64,000 bases of DNA, taken from NCBI GenBank assembly GCA_963663895.2, contig CAXXRD010000001.1, positions 1 through 64,000 on the forward strand, read 5' to 3'. Position numbers and translations under genes: made by a program. This document shows, piece after piece, positions 1 to 10,426 of the stretch. Position 1 is the stretch's first letter; each line of letters starts with the position of its first letter. The stretch comes from Dehalococcoidia bacterium (GTDB taxonomy: Bacteria; Chloroflexota; Dehalococcoidia; Bin125). Below the pieces are notes generated by a model that searched no databases, was not told the DNA's origin, and saw only the letters and a program-made list of their open reading frames with translations.

Positions 1-410
1 AAGCAGAGTTCGCGTTGGCAGCAGCAGCGACGGTTCTCCAACGGCGTCAAGCAGGCGAGCCGCTGGGATCGGGAGACGCCGCCTTCGCGGAAGGGCTCAT
101 CCGCGGCGTCGCCGCTCACCGCGCCGAGATCGATACCTGCCTGCAAAAAGTCGCCCCGGACTGGCCTCTGGCGGACGTTTCAGCTGTCGATCGAACGATC
201 CTGCGCGTTGCGCTCTACGAATTGCTGTTCAATAATGCCGCCGTTCCGAGCGCCGCCGTCATCAACGAGGCGGTGGAGATCGCAAAGCGCTACGGGAGCG
301 ATGCGAGCCGCCGGTTTGTGAACGGAGTGCTGGGAACCGTGAGTCGCGAGCGGATCACTCACCGCAGCGCGAGCACAACAGAGACGGAGGAGACCGGTGG
401 CCCTGTTTGA
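1..410 (+). CDS. nusB: Transcription antitermination factor NusB (5'-truncated by window edge)
   Basis: [26 protein letters not shown] and RFVNGVLG motifs; frame open to the window start. Confidence 0.95.
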   Translation, partial: AEFALAAAATVLQRRQAGEPLGSGDAAFAEGLIRGVAAHRAEIDTCLQKVAPDWPLADVSAVDRTILRVALYELLFNNAAVPSAAVINEAVEIAKRYGSDASRRFVNGVLGTVSRERITHRSASTTETEETGGPV

Positions 411-654
411 GCGCGTACGCGGCATTATTGAGAACCAGTTGGGCGTGGACGCAGATGATGTGACGCTTGAGGCATCGTTCATCGACGACTTAGGGGCGGA
501 CTCCCTGGACTTGGTCGAACTCATCATGGCTTTTGAGGACGAGTTCAAGGAGGAAGTCCCTTCTCTCGAGATCTCGGATGAGGAGGCGGAGGGAATCGCC
601 ACAGTCGACGACGCGATCGAGTTCCTCAAGAGCAAAGGTGTCCCCGAGGACTAG
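397..654 (+). CDS. acpP: Acyl carrier protein
   Basis: [17 protein letters not shown] phosphopantetheine motif; GGAGG RBS. Confidence 0.97.
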   Translation: MALFERVRGIIENQLGVDADDVTLEASFIDDLGADSLDLVELIMAFEDEFKEEVPSLEISDEEAEGIATVDDAIEFLKSKGVPED

Positions 655-692
655 CTCGAGGACCGGGATCTGCCAAGTATCACCACCCCAGA

Positions 693-723
693 CATCGCCT
701 TGAGAGGGCGATGGGGCCCCTTT
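693..723 (+). terminator. Possible intrinsic terminator after acpP
   Basis: CATCGCC-N7-GGCGATG hairpin followed by a weak T-tract. Confidence 0.35.
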
Positions 724-766
724 ATCGTTTAACTGCCATATCGTGAACCCAGGGGAGGCCTGATCC

Positions 767-1296
767 GTGGAGATCTTCGGCATTGGCTTCTTCGAAATCG
801 TAGCAGTGCTGCTGCTGGCCGCGATCATCTTCGGCCCGCACCGCTTGCCGGAGTTGGCAGGCCAGATGGGACGCGCGGTGCGTGAATTGCGTGAGTATGC
901 GCGCGACTTCCGTGACGAGTACCTGGTGGACTTCGAAGAGGTAAAGGAGGAATACCTCGAGATCCGGCACGAACTCCAGACGGAGGGCCAGGAATTCAGG
1001 CCGAGCTGGAGGCGGCGGATTCCGATATTCGCGCCAGCCTGAAGGAGATCGAAGGCGATACGCAGCAAGCGATCACCGAGGCGAAGCGCGGGGAAGCAAA
1101 GGATAGCGCGCGCACGGACAGCAAGGCGGAGCGGGTAGTGCGCGCGCAAGAGGAAGCGGCGACGACCGCTCGGGAGCCGACCCGTAGTGGAGTGGGACGC
1201 CGCGGTCGAACCGTCCGCCGCCGGACGCAGCAGGCTCCGGTAGCGCGGCCGAGCAATGTGATCTCGCTGCACCGGCGGCGCGGGAAGGAGTCCTAA
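767..1296 (+). CDS. tatB: Twin-arginine translocase TatB/TatA-family subunit (apparent 1-nt deletion near 1000)
   Basis: FGIGFFEIVAVLLLAAIIFGPHRLPELA N-terminus; adding one G at ~1000 extends the frame to TAA 1294-1296, just before tatC. Confidence 0.85.
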
Positions 1297-1302
1297 CCCG
1301 CG

Positions 1303-2115
1303 ATGGCTTCGCGCGCCGCGCCGGTTGAAGAGCCTTCTCCAGAACAGATCGAGGCAGCCAAGCGCGGCGATAAGATCGTCTCGGTGGGCGAGCATCTGCT
1401 GGAGTTGCGCAACCGGATCACGGTCGCAACGCTCACCCTCGTCCTAACGACAGTACTGGCGCTCGTGTTCGCCCAGGACGTGATCGACTACTTGCTAGAG
1501 CCCGGCCGTCGCGCCGACCCAAACTTCCGGCCGATCTTCACAGAGCTGTTGGGCTTTTTCGGATCGTACCTCAAGGTTTCGTTGCTGATCGGCCTCGCGT
1601 TCGCCATGCCAATGATCCTGTACCAGGGCGTGATGTATCTGAATCCAGCGCTCACGTCCGGTGAACGGCGTTGGACCATACCGCTCATCCTCTTAGCCAC
1701 CGTTTCGTTCGCCGGCGGCGCGGCGTTCGCGTTCTACGTCGCCTGGCCGCCCGCGCTGAACTTCCTGTTGAATTTCGGACAGGATGTCGTCGACGCCCAG
1801 GTCACCATCAACGACTACGTCAACAAATTAACGCGGTTCATGTTCTGGACGGGCATCGTATTCGAGACGCCGCTGGTGCTGATGGGGCTGGGCTTTCTGG
1901 GAATCGTCAGTTCGCACGCCCTCAAACGTGCTTGGCGGTGGTCGATCATTGGATCGTTCGTCATGGCGGCGATCATCACGCCATCCGTGGACCCGGTGAC
2001 GCAGGCGGCGGTGGCGCTGCCACTGATGGCCCTGTATGGCCTGGGAATCTTGCTGGTGAAGCTAGTGGAACGTCACCGCGGTGAGCTAGAAGCAACGGCA
2101 CCGGTCGAGGCGTGA
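1303..2115 (+). CDS. tatC: Twin-arginine translocase TatC
   Basis: EHLLELRNR, GIVFETP and AAIITPSVDP motifs; multiple TM segments. Confidence 0.97.
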   Translation: MASRAAPVEEPSPEQIEAAKRGDKIVSVGEHLLELRNRITVATLTLVLTTVLALVFAQDVIDYLLEPGRRADPNFRPIFTELLGFFGSYLKVSLLIGLAFAMPMILYQGVMYLNPALTSGERRWTIPLILLATVSFAGGAAFAFYVAWPPALNFLLNFGQDVVDAQVTINDYVNKLTRFMFWTGIVFETPLVLMGLGFLGIVSSHALKRAWRWSIIGSFVMAAIITPSVDPVTQAAVALPLMALYGLGILLVKLVERHRGELEATAPVEA

Positions 2116-2501
2116 TCGTTCCCGCACAGGGGCTGGCGCTCTTCCGTTCCCTCCGCGGCCGCGCTTTCAGCACGGGCCTGATCGGCGGGTTCTTCAGCGG
2201 GCTCACCGGTATAGGAGGCGGCACTCTCATGGTGCCGCTGCTCGCCGGCTACGTCCGCCTGCCCCAACATACCGCCCACGGCACGAGCGTACTGATCGTA
2301 GTGCCGATCGCCGCCGCCGCCGCCGCGAGTTACATCTGGCGCGGGGATATCGAGTGGGACTTGGTGGGAGCCTTGCTAGGTGGATCGATCATCGGCGCCT
2401 ATGTCGGCGCCGCGTTGATCATGCGCCTCCGCGCCCGCGAACTGCGGCTGATCTTCGCCGCAGTGCTCGTTGCCGCAGGAATCCGGCTCTTGATTACGTA
2501 A
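2112..2501 (+). CDS. TauE/SafE (TSUP) family membrane protein, half-size
   Basis: GFFSGLTGIGGGTLMVP and AHGTS motifs; GTGA overlap with tatC. Confidence 0.85.
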   Translation: MIVPAQGLALFRSLRGRAFSTGLIGGFFSGLTGIGGGTLMVPLLAGYVRLPQHTAHGTSVLIVVPIAAAAAASYIWRGDIEWDLVGALLGGSIIGAYVGAALIMRLRARELRLIFAAVLVAAGIRLLIT

Positions 2502-2510
2502 AGGCATTCG

Positions 2511-2936
2511 ATGGAAGACGTGTTGATCGCCCTTGTGATCGGTTTGGTGGGAGGACTCGCGGCAGGCCTGCTGGGTATCGGCGGCGGCGCCGTCTTCGTG
2601 CCGGGCTTAGTGATCCTGATCGGTACAGAGCAGATAGTGGCGCAGGGGGTTTCACTAACAGTGATCATCGTGACAGCGGCAGTAGCCGCGTTCCGGCATC
2701 GGCACAACCGCACGATCAACTACCACGTTGCGAGCTGGACGGTTGTGCCAGCGGTCGCGCTGGCGGTGGCGGGTGCGCTGGTGGCTAATGAGATCGACGG
2801 AGACATATTGCGCCGCATTTTTGGCGGCATGCTGCTGGTAGTCTCAGCACGAATGGTGTACCAGACGGCCCGTACTTGGCGCGCAACGAACGAGGCAGCG
2901 ACGCCCCTAGGATCCGCTGGCGACTCGCCACGATGA
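2511..2936 (+). CDS. TauE/SafE (TSUP) family membrane protein, half-size
   Basis: GLAAGLLGIGGGAVFVP and AQGVSL motifs. Confidence 0.85.
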   Translation: MEDVLIALVIGLVGGLAAGLLGIGGGAVFVPGLVILIGTEQIVAQGVSLTVIIVTAAVAAFRHRHNRTINYHVASWTVVPAVALAVAGALVANEIDGDILRRIFGGMLLVVSARMVYQTARTWRATNEAATPLGSAGDSPR

Positions 2937-3565
2937 ACTCGGACGTCCTCGCCGAGTTGAATGCGCGCATCGCTGCTTGCACTGCCTGCGCCCTGCACCA
3001 GGGTCGGACGCAGACCGTCCCGGGCGACGGCGATCCGAACGCCGAGGTGCTGTTCATTGGTGAAGCGCCCGGTTTCCATGAAGATCAGCAGGGCAGTCCC
3101 TTTGTCGGGCAAGCAGGACGGGTCCTCGATCAACTCTTGCTGGAGATCGGCCTCACGCGCGCGGATGTCTTTGTCGCCAATGTGATCAAGTGCCGTCCCC
3201 CAAACAATCGCGATCCATTGCCCGAAGAGATCGCAACGTGTGAACCGTTCCTCACGATGCAGATCAGGGGGATCCGTCCCAAGCTCATCGTGACCCTAGG
3301 AAGGTTCGCCTTGCAGTACTTCCTCCCCGGCGCCTCCATTTCTCGATCCAGAGGGAAAGTGATCCGCAACGATCCTTACCTCCTCTACCCGCTGTACCAC
3401 CCCGCCGCCGCGCTGCGACAGAGCCGGCTTTTCCAGGTGCTGCGGGACGACTTCCAACGCATCCCGCAGATCGTCGCGGGTGCGGAGCGTCCCAGTGTCC
3501 ACGCGACTCCGTCCGCAGCGGTCGCCCAAAAAGAGGACAGCGCCACCCAATTGCAGCTTCTCTAA
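2933..3565 (+). CDS. Uracil-DNA glycosylase family 4 (Fe-S)
   Basis: CTACALH, IGEAPG, KCRPPNNR and YHPAA motifs; ATGA overlap gives start 2933. Confidence 0.95.
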   Translation: MNSDVLAELNARIAACTACALHQGRTQTVPGDGDPNAEVLFIGEAPGFHEDQQGSPFVGQAGRVLDQLLLEIGLTRADVFVANVIKCRPPNNRDPLPEEIATCEPFLTMQIRGIRPKLIVTLGRFALQYFLPGASISRSRGKVIRNDPYLLYPLYHPAAALRQSRLFQVLRDDFQRIPQIVAGAERPSVHATPSAAVAQKEDSATQLQLL

Positions 3566-3575
3566 GGACCGCCCG

Positions 3576-5245
3576 TTGCATGACGACATCCCCAACGATG
3601 GCGTTCGCCTGATCCCGCTGGGCGGCCTGGGCGATATCGGTCGCAACATGATGGTGGTGGAAACGGCCGACGATCTCGTGGTCGTGGACGCCGGCATCAT
3701 GTTCCTCCGGAAGAACTGCTGGGGGTCGACTTCATCATTCCGGACGTCTCCTATCTGCGCGATCGGGCAGCGAAGCTGCGCGCGTATCTGATCACGCATG
3801 GCCACGAGGATCACATCGGCGCGCTGCCGTACCTGCTGCCCGAACTCCCCGCGCCGATCTACGCGACGCGGCTGGCCCAGGGCCTCTTGGGTTTAAAGCT
3901 CAAGGAGGCGGGGCTGGACAGCGCCGTTCGCGTCACAATCGACGAGCAGTCGACGAGCGAACTCGGCAGCATCCAGGCCGAGTATTTCCCCGTGGCGCAC
4001 TCGATCCCGGACGCGGTAGGCATTGCCTTACGGACCCCGGCCGGGCTCTTGGTGCACACGGGTGACTTCAAGATCGATCACACCCCTGTGCTGAGCTCTC
4101 CTACAGACCTGCCGCGCCTCGCCGCTTACGGCAGCGAAGGCGTACGCGTGTTGATGAGTGACTCCACCTACGCCGACCACCCTGGACACACACCGTCCGA
4201 ACAGGTCGTGGGCGACGCGCTGCAGCAGATCATGTTCAGCACGCCGGGGCGAGTGATCATCGCCACGTTCGCCTCGCAGATCGCGCGCCTGCAGCAGATC
4301 ATCGACGGAGCGGAGGCGGCAGGCCGTACGGTGTTTGTGACTGGTCGGTCAATGGTGAACAACGTACGAATGGCACGCGATCTGGGCTACATCACCACCT
4401 CGCACGGCGGGGTTCGCAACATCAACGAGCACGACGGCTTCCCCGATGACGAGGTCGTGATTGTCTGCACCGGCGCCCAGGGTGAGCCGATGTCGGCGCT
4501 GGCACGGATGGCAACGGGCGACCATCGCGAGGTGGTGATCAAGGCCGGAGACACAGTGGTGTTATCGTCCAGTCCGATTCCAGGAAACGAAGCCGCCGTG
4601 AACCGGACCATGGACAACATCTTCCGCCAGGGCGCGGTCGTGCGGTCCGTGGGAACCGGTGATCCCAACGTACATGTACGCGGTCACGCGGCACACGAAG
4701 AGCTCAAAACAGTGCTCAATCTTACCCGCCCCGAACTCTTCGTCCCGGTGCACGGCGCCTTCCGGCACCTCGCGATGCACGTGGACCTCGCGCAGAGTTT
4801 GGGTGTGCCGGCAGAGAACTGCCATCTCCTGCTAGATGGCGATGTGCTCGAGTTGACCAACGAAGCGCACGCAGTCGTCGATACCGTGCCGGCATCGTAC
4901 GTGTCCGTCGACGGACTGAGCGTGGGCGGGGTGGATCACACGGTCTTGCGCGACCGGCAGCATCTCGCGACCGAAGGCATGGTGGTCGTGGTTGTGCCGG
5001 TGGACCACCGAACCGGGCAGATCGCGGGGCAGATCGACGTGGTGTTCCGCGGCTTTGCCGGTAGCCAAGACTCCGAAGCGTTACGCCAGCGGGCGGTGGA
5101 GCGGGTGCGAGAGACCCTCCTGGGAAAGGATCACCCCGTGGAGTGGACCGTGGTCCAAGAGTTGCTGAAGAGCAGCATGTCGCAGTTCTTGTATCGCGAA
5201 ACGCGCCAGCGTCCTATGATGCTACCCGTGGTCGTGGAAGTCTGA
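3576..5245 (+). CDS. rnj: Ribonuclease J (apparent 1-nt deletion near 3705)
   Basis: LIPLGGLGDIGRN in one frame; THGHEDHIGAL, HSIPD, HTGDFK and PVHG in the next. Confidence 0.93.
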
Positions 5246-5288
5246 CCCGTGGCGGGGTGATCGGACCTCTCTAAGGAGCCCGCTCCCC

Positions 5289-7615
5289 ATGGCACGTGCG
5301 GAGGCTCGTCGCCGCCGCTCTCCTTCGCGTTATCGCTTCGCACTGCGACTCCCGCGGCAGCGGCTGGCGTTTCTACCGATACTGGGCGCGATCTGCATCC
5401 TCGGCGCAGCAGCGCTCATCAACTGGATCGTAGCTCCGTCGGGCGTGGTCGGCGCAGTCCGCGAGAGCGCCATTGAGGCGATCGGCGCGGGCACTTTCTT
5501 GGTGATCGCCCTGGTGATGATCGTCGGGTTGTGGCTGATCACGGGTGCCCGCTGGCAGCCGGGCCTGGATGGGATTCGCCGCATCGCAGGGATCTGCGCA
5601 CTCGCCCTCTTCGCCTGCGGTACGGGCGGCTTGATCCGGCCCGATTGGACTTTAGGAACCGTGGACTTAAGCCGGGTCACCGCCGGTGGCACCCTGGGCG
5701 ATGCGTTGACGTCTCCCGGCGGCGCCTTCGTCATGCTGGCATTGGCGCTCGCAGCCGCGCTGATCTTGGCCCCACGGCCCAGTGTGCAGGGCGGGCTATG
5801 GATCGCCCAGGCACTCGCAGTGATTGCCGCGACTCAGCCACTGCGACTCTCTCTCAGGGCGTGGCGGCGCGGCTTCATCACGACCCGCGCCGTGCCGGTC
5901 TCCGAAGCGGCGACCGAGGCCAATGACACAGCGATCGACCTTCAGGCCGCTCCAGACGAAGCGGAGGCAGCAGCAGAGCCGCCTCCAGAAAAGAGCCAGC
6001 CACCGACCTTCCCGGCAAGGCGCTGTCGAAGGTGGACGACGGGGTCCGCGCCAACGGGCGACAGCGGCGGCGGAGTGAAGACGGTTGGCAGCTGCCGCCT
6101 CTCACGCTGCTCCGTACCGAAGCAGCAGCGAAGCGGAGCGCCCAATCGCAGGAGCAAGCGAAACGGATCATGCAGACCTTGGAGTCGTTCGGCGTCGATG
6201 CCAAGGTCGTGCATATCAACGAAGGCCCGTCCGTCACGCAATTTGGCATCGAACCCGGCTGGGAGGTGAAAACGCGGACCGTCTTGGAGCGAGACGCGCA
6301 CGGTCGAACCGTGAATGCCGCGAACGGACAGCCGCAGACCCACGAGGAAGAAGTCTCGCGGACGCGGGTGCGTGTGAGCAAAATTACGCGGCTCGCCAAC
6401 GATTTAGCGCTTGCGCTCGCAGCGCCGTCCATCCGTGTCGAGGCTCCGATTCCCGGCAAGCCCGTCGTCGGCATTGAGGTGCCCAACGCGAAGACGCGCC
6501 TGGTGGCACTACGGGGGGTGCTGGAGTCGGAAGAGTATGCACAGGCGGTGCGGGAAGCGGCAGTGCCGATCGCGTTGGGGCGCACTGTCACGGGCAAGGC
6601 CGAGGTCCAAGACCTCGCACGGATGCCACATCTCCTCATCGCGGGTGCCACCGGGGCCGGGAAGAGCGTAGCGATCAACAGCATCATCTGCGGCCTATTG
6701 ATGCAATTCTCCCCTGCCCAATTGCGCTTGGTGTTGGTTGACCCCAAGCGCGTGGAGCTGACGAACTATGCGGCCATTCCCCATTTAGCGTTTTCGCACG
6801 TGGTGACCGAACCGGATGAGATGGTGGGTGCCCTGCGAGTAGTCATCACCGAGATGGAACGCCGCTACCGCCGTTTCGAGCAGACGCGCGAGCGCAACAT
6901 CGCGTCCTACAACGCCAGCGGCCTATCAGATGGGCCGCTGCCCTACTGGGTCGTAGTGATCGATGAGCTGGCCGATCTGATGATGGCGGCACCCGTCGAG
7001 GTGGAGCAGCAGCTGGTGCGACTGGCCCAACTCGCCCGCGCGACGGGCATCTTCCTGGTGATCGCGACGCAGCGACCATCGGTAGACGTGGTCACCGGGT
7101 TGATCAAAGCCAATTTCCCCACGCGGATGGCATTCGCGACCACGTCACAAACGGATTCCCGCGTGATCATCGACCAAGGCGGCGCGGAGAAGCTGGTGGG
7201 AAGAGGCGATATGTTGTTCCTCGCCACGGATTCGCTCAAACCGCGCCGTATTCAAGGAACTTATGTCTCTGATGAGGAGATCGAGCGGCTGGTCAAGTTC
7301 TGGACACAAGGCCGCCACCGAGCCAGTACCCCTCCCGATCTGGACGAGCAACTGGAAACCGCCGCCGCTCAAGCGAGCGCAGGCACTGAAGAGGCCGCTG
7401 ACAGCGATGCGCGCGACGCTCTCTACGAGCAGGCCCGAGCGCTTGCAGCGGAGCACTCGCGTGTCTCAGCGTCATTGCTGCAGCGTCGGCTGCGGATCGG
7501 CTATCCAAGGGCGGCCCGCCTGATCGACACGCTCGAAGCGGAAGGGGTCGTCGGAGCAGCCACAGGCGGACAGTCGCGGGAGGTGCTGGCGGCCGCGGAG
7601 GGCGAGGCACGCTGA
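5289..7615 (+). CDS. ftsK: DNA translocase FtsK (apparent indel in the A-run at ~5990)
   Basis: N-terminal TM domain; PHLLIAGATGAGKS, VIDELADLM, ATQRPSVDV; gamma domain SLLQRRLRIGYPRAARL. Confidence 0.95.
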
Positions 7616-7697
7616 AGTTCAACAGGGACGCTACCTATCTGGCTAAGATGGGATGGGAGCGTCCGATGCCGCGAATTCGTCTGACTGAGCCCCGGTA

Positions 7698-9518
7698 GTG
7701 ATGCGTGCGCTTGCCGACGCGGTTGCGCGCTGGCGCACCCCGAAACCCCAGCCACCACGGCGGGGGGAAGGGGAAACGCTCTGCGTCCTCTGTGGATCCG
7801 ACACGTCCGCCATGCAGAGCTACGCGACGCTGGGCGTGTGCTCTGCCTGCAACTACCACCACGCGATCTCGGCCTGGCAGCGGATCAAGATCTTGGCGGA
7901 CGGCAATAGCTTCCGCGAGATCCACGCGTCTACCACTTCGATCGACCCGCTCTCGTTCCCGGAGGGTGGCGACTATCGGGATAGCTTGCGTGAGGCGTTC
8001 CGCCGGACGCGGCTCCGCGAAGCAGCGATCACGGGCGTATGCAAGATCCAAGGGCGACCGACCGTCCTCATCATCCTCGACTTCGGCTTCCTGGGCGGCA
8101 GCATGGGCGTGGTGGTGGGAGAGCGCGTGGCCCAAGCCTTCGAGTACGCCAGCAACCGAGGGTTGCCCGTCGTGTCCGTGATTACCAGCAGTGGTACTCG
8201 CGTACAGGAGGGGGTGCTGGCGCTGATGCAGATGGCTAAGACGGCCGCCGCCGCCGGCCAGCACAGTCGCCGTCGGCTGACGCACGTGACGATCCTTGGA
8301 AACCCATCGACCGGCGGAGTCTTTGCATCGTTCGCGAATCTGGCCGACGTGATCGTCGGTGAACCGGGCGCCCTCGTGGGACACGCCACCTTGCGTGACG
8401 TGGAAGAGGCCGAGCGCGGAGAACTCCCACCAGAGACGCACACCGCAGAGTCACACCTGGCACATGGGTTGATCGACCAAGTGGTCGCGCGCGGACGGCA
8501 GCCGGACCTGTTGGCGTCGCTCTTGGATCTGACGGCGCCCCGGCCACGCCTCAGGATCAAGCGCGGGCTGAAACTGCTCGACTGGCACCCCTCACGCGCG
8601 ATCAATCCCTGGCAGGAGGTACAGCTCGCTCGACACGAGGGCCGCCCCGGTGCATTGGATTACATCGGGCGGATCGCGGACACGTTCGTCGAGCTGCGCG
8701 GCGATCGCGAAGCGGGCGACGACCCAAGCGTCATCACGGGCCTAGCCGACCTGGGCGGGCAACCCGTGATGCTGATCGGACAAGAGCGCTCCCGCTCCGA
8801 GAAGCGCCAGCCACCGCTCATCCGGCCGGAGGGCTTTCGCAAGAGTCTCCGCGCCATGCGGCTGGCGCAGAAGTTCCAGCTACCTCTCGTCACGCTAGTC
8901 GATAGCCAAGGAGCCGATCCAAGCCGCGAGGCCGAAGAGCATGGGTTAGGCCATGCGATCGCGGAAAATCTCGCCATGCAGGCAGGACTGCGAACACCGG
9001 TGATCGCGACGATCATCGGCGAAGGAGGCGGCTCCGGGGCGCTTGCATTCGCAATTGCAGACCGCGTCTTGATGCTGGAGCACTCCATCTTCTCGGTTGC
9101 GTCCCCAGAACGCGCGGCGGCGATCCTCTACCGCGATCAGAGCCGGGCGGAGCGGCTGGCCAAAGCGCTCCGCCTCACCGCTGCTGATGCGCTGGAGTTG
9201 GGTGTCGTGGACCAGGTTGTCCGTGAGCCGCGGGGAGGAGCGCATGAGGATCACGATGCGGCGGCGGCACAGCTCGCCTCGGCTATCCGGGAGGCGCTCG
9301 GGGACGTGAGCAACGTGTCCGTGCGCAAACTGGTGCGGCAACGCTACCAGCGCTACCGCAAGGTCGGAATCTATCAGAGCTTTTTCCAAGTCAGCCTGCG
9401 CCGCAATCTCGCCGACTTGCAGGACGATATGCGCGAGCGATTCTCTCAAGCCTTTCGCAGGGGAACGCGTGGCCCACGCAACCGGGACGGAGAGGCGCCC
9501 GGCATCGCTTTCGATTAA
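7698..9518 (+). CDS. accD: Fused acetyl-CoA carboxylase carboxyltransferase beta+alpha (AccD-AccA)
   Basis: C4 zinc finger, FLGGSMG and QEGVLALMQMAKT (beta); ELRGDR, PEGFRK and GEGGGSGALA (alpha). Confidence 0.92.
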   Translation: MMRALADAVARWRTPKPQPPRRGEGETLCVLCGSDTSAMQSYATLGVCSACNYHHAISAWQRIKILADGNSFREIHASTTSIDPLSFPEGGDYRDSLREAFRRTRLREAAITGVCKIQGRPTVLIILDFGFLGGSMGVVVGERVAQAFEYASNRGLPVVSVITSSGTRVQEGVLALMQMAKTAAAAGQHSRRRLTHVTILGNPSTGGVFASFANLADVIVGEPGALVGHATLRDVEEAERGELPPETHTAESHLAHGLIDQVVARGRQPDLLASLLDLTAPRPRLRIKRGLKLLDWHPSRAINPWQEVQLARHEGRPGALDYIGRIADTFVELRGDREAGDDPSVITGLADLGGQPVMLIGQERSRSEKRQPPLIRPEGFRKSLRAMRLAQKFQLPLVTLVDSQGADPSREAEEHGLGHAIAENLAMQAGLRTPVIATIIGEGGGSGALAFAIADRVLMLEHSIFSVASPERAAAILYRDQSRAERLAKALRLTAADALELGVVDQVVREPRGGAHEDHDAAAAQLASAIREALGDVSNVSVRKLVRQRYQRYRKVGIYQSFFQVSLRRNLADLQDDMRERFSQAFRRGTRGPRNRDGEAPGIAFD

Positions 9519-9550
9519 ACGCAACGGGGGACGGAGGGCTGGAGGCCGAG

Positions 9551-10303
9551 CTAGCCGATCACGGTATTGGCCTGCGGCGTTTGCGGAAGTGTGAAGGGCG
9601 TAAAGCGGGTATCGTCGGTCCACTCGAGTTGGTAGAGGTGCTCCCGCCCGGGAAGTCCACGTAGACGCCTCATCCCGCGGTCTACCCAGCGGTCCTCCGG
9701 CACGAGCGCGGCGACTTCTTCGTGCACTCGGGCGGAGAGCCAGATCTCCTCACCCAAGCTCTTGCCCAAGATCCGCTCTGCAACGTTCACGGTACGGCCG
9801 AGAATGTCACCGCCCCAGCGCAGCATCACATCGCCCGTGTGCATCCCGATGCGCACGCGTACGGGCCAATCGGAACGCCGACTGGCCCGCGTGCTGACGT
9901 CACGCTGCACGCTAACGGCGCAGAGCACGGCATCTAGCGCCTCCGCGAAAGCGACGAGGAAGCCATCGCCGGTGCTTTTGACCTCGAAGCCAGCGTAGCG
10001 GTCAATGGCAGTGCGAATGAGGCGATTATGCTCATCAACAAGCTGGGCCCAGAACGCGTCGCCGAGGCGCTCGTTCAAGCGAACCGAGTCTTCGATGTCA
10101 GTGAAGAGAACGGTAAGCGAGCGGCCTCCGGCAGGGACGAGAGTTGCGCTGAGGGCCGAGCCGTCCCTAGGACAGAAGGCTGATCCCGCCGGCGCTTCTT
10201 CACCGCAGAAAGGGCAGCTGTGGAGCGCGTGCTCCTGCTCGTCCGGGAGGAGCCAGCCAGGCGTGCGAGGTCGCCGCGGCCGAGTGTCGTCCACAGTACT
10301 CAC
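9551..10303 (-). CDS. Class III adenylate cyclase with N-terminal zinc ribbon
   Basis: CPFC...FCPRDG; VLFTDIEDS, EVKSTGDG, VRIGMHTG and GDILGRTVNVAER motifs. Confidence 0.9.
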   Translation of the reverse strand: MSTVDDTRPRRPRTPGWLLPDEQEHALHSCPFCGEEAPAGSAFCPRDGSALSATLVPAGGRSLTVLFTDIEDSVRLNERLGDAFWAQLVDEHNRLIRTAIDRYAGFEVKSTGDGFLVAFAEALDAVLCAVSVQRDVSTRASRRSDWPVRVRIGMHTGDVMLRWGGDILGRTVNVAERILGKSLGEEIWLSARVHEEVAALVPEDRWVDRGMRRLRGLPGREHLYQLEWTDDTRFTPFTLPQTPQANTVIG

Positions 10304-10426
10304 GAAGGTCCTCGACCGGTCCGTGCCACTCGTCTCGGCGCGCAGGTACTGCCCAATCGCATCACTCTACGAATCTCACCGCGGCGAGCCAGCGTCTAGG
10401 CATCCCCGACTCACCTGGGTATTCTG

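Noticed and set aside
3695-6030. Programmed frameshifting in rnj or ftsK
   Set aside because: No slippery heptamer; single-base homopolymer losses fit sequencing error better.
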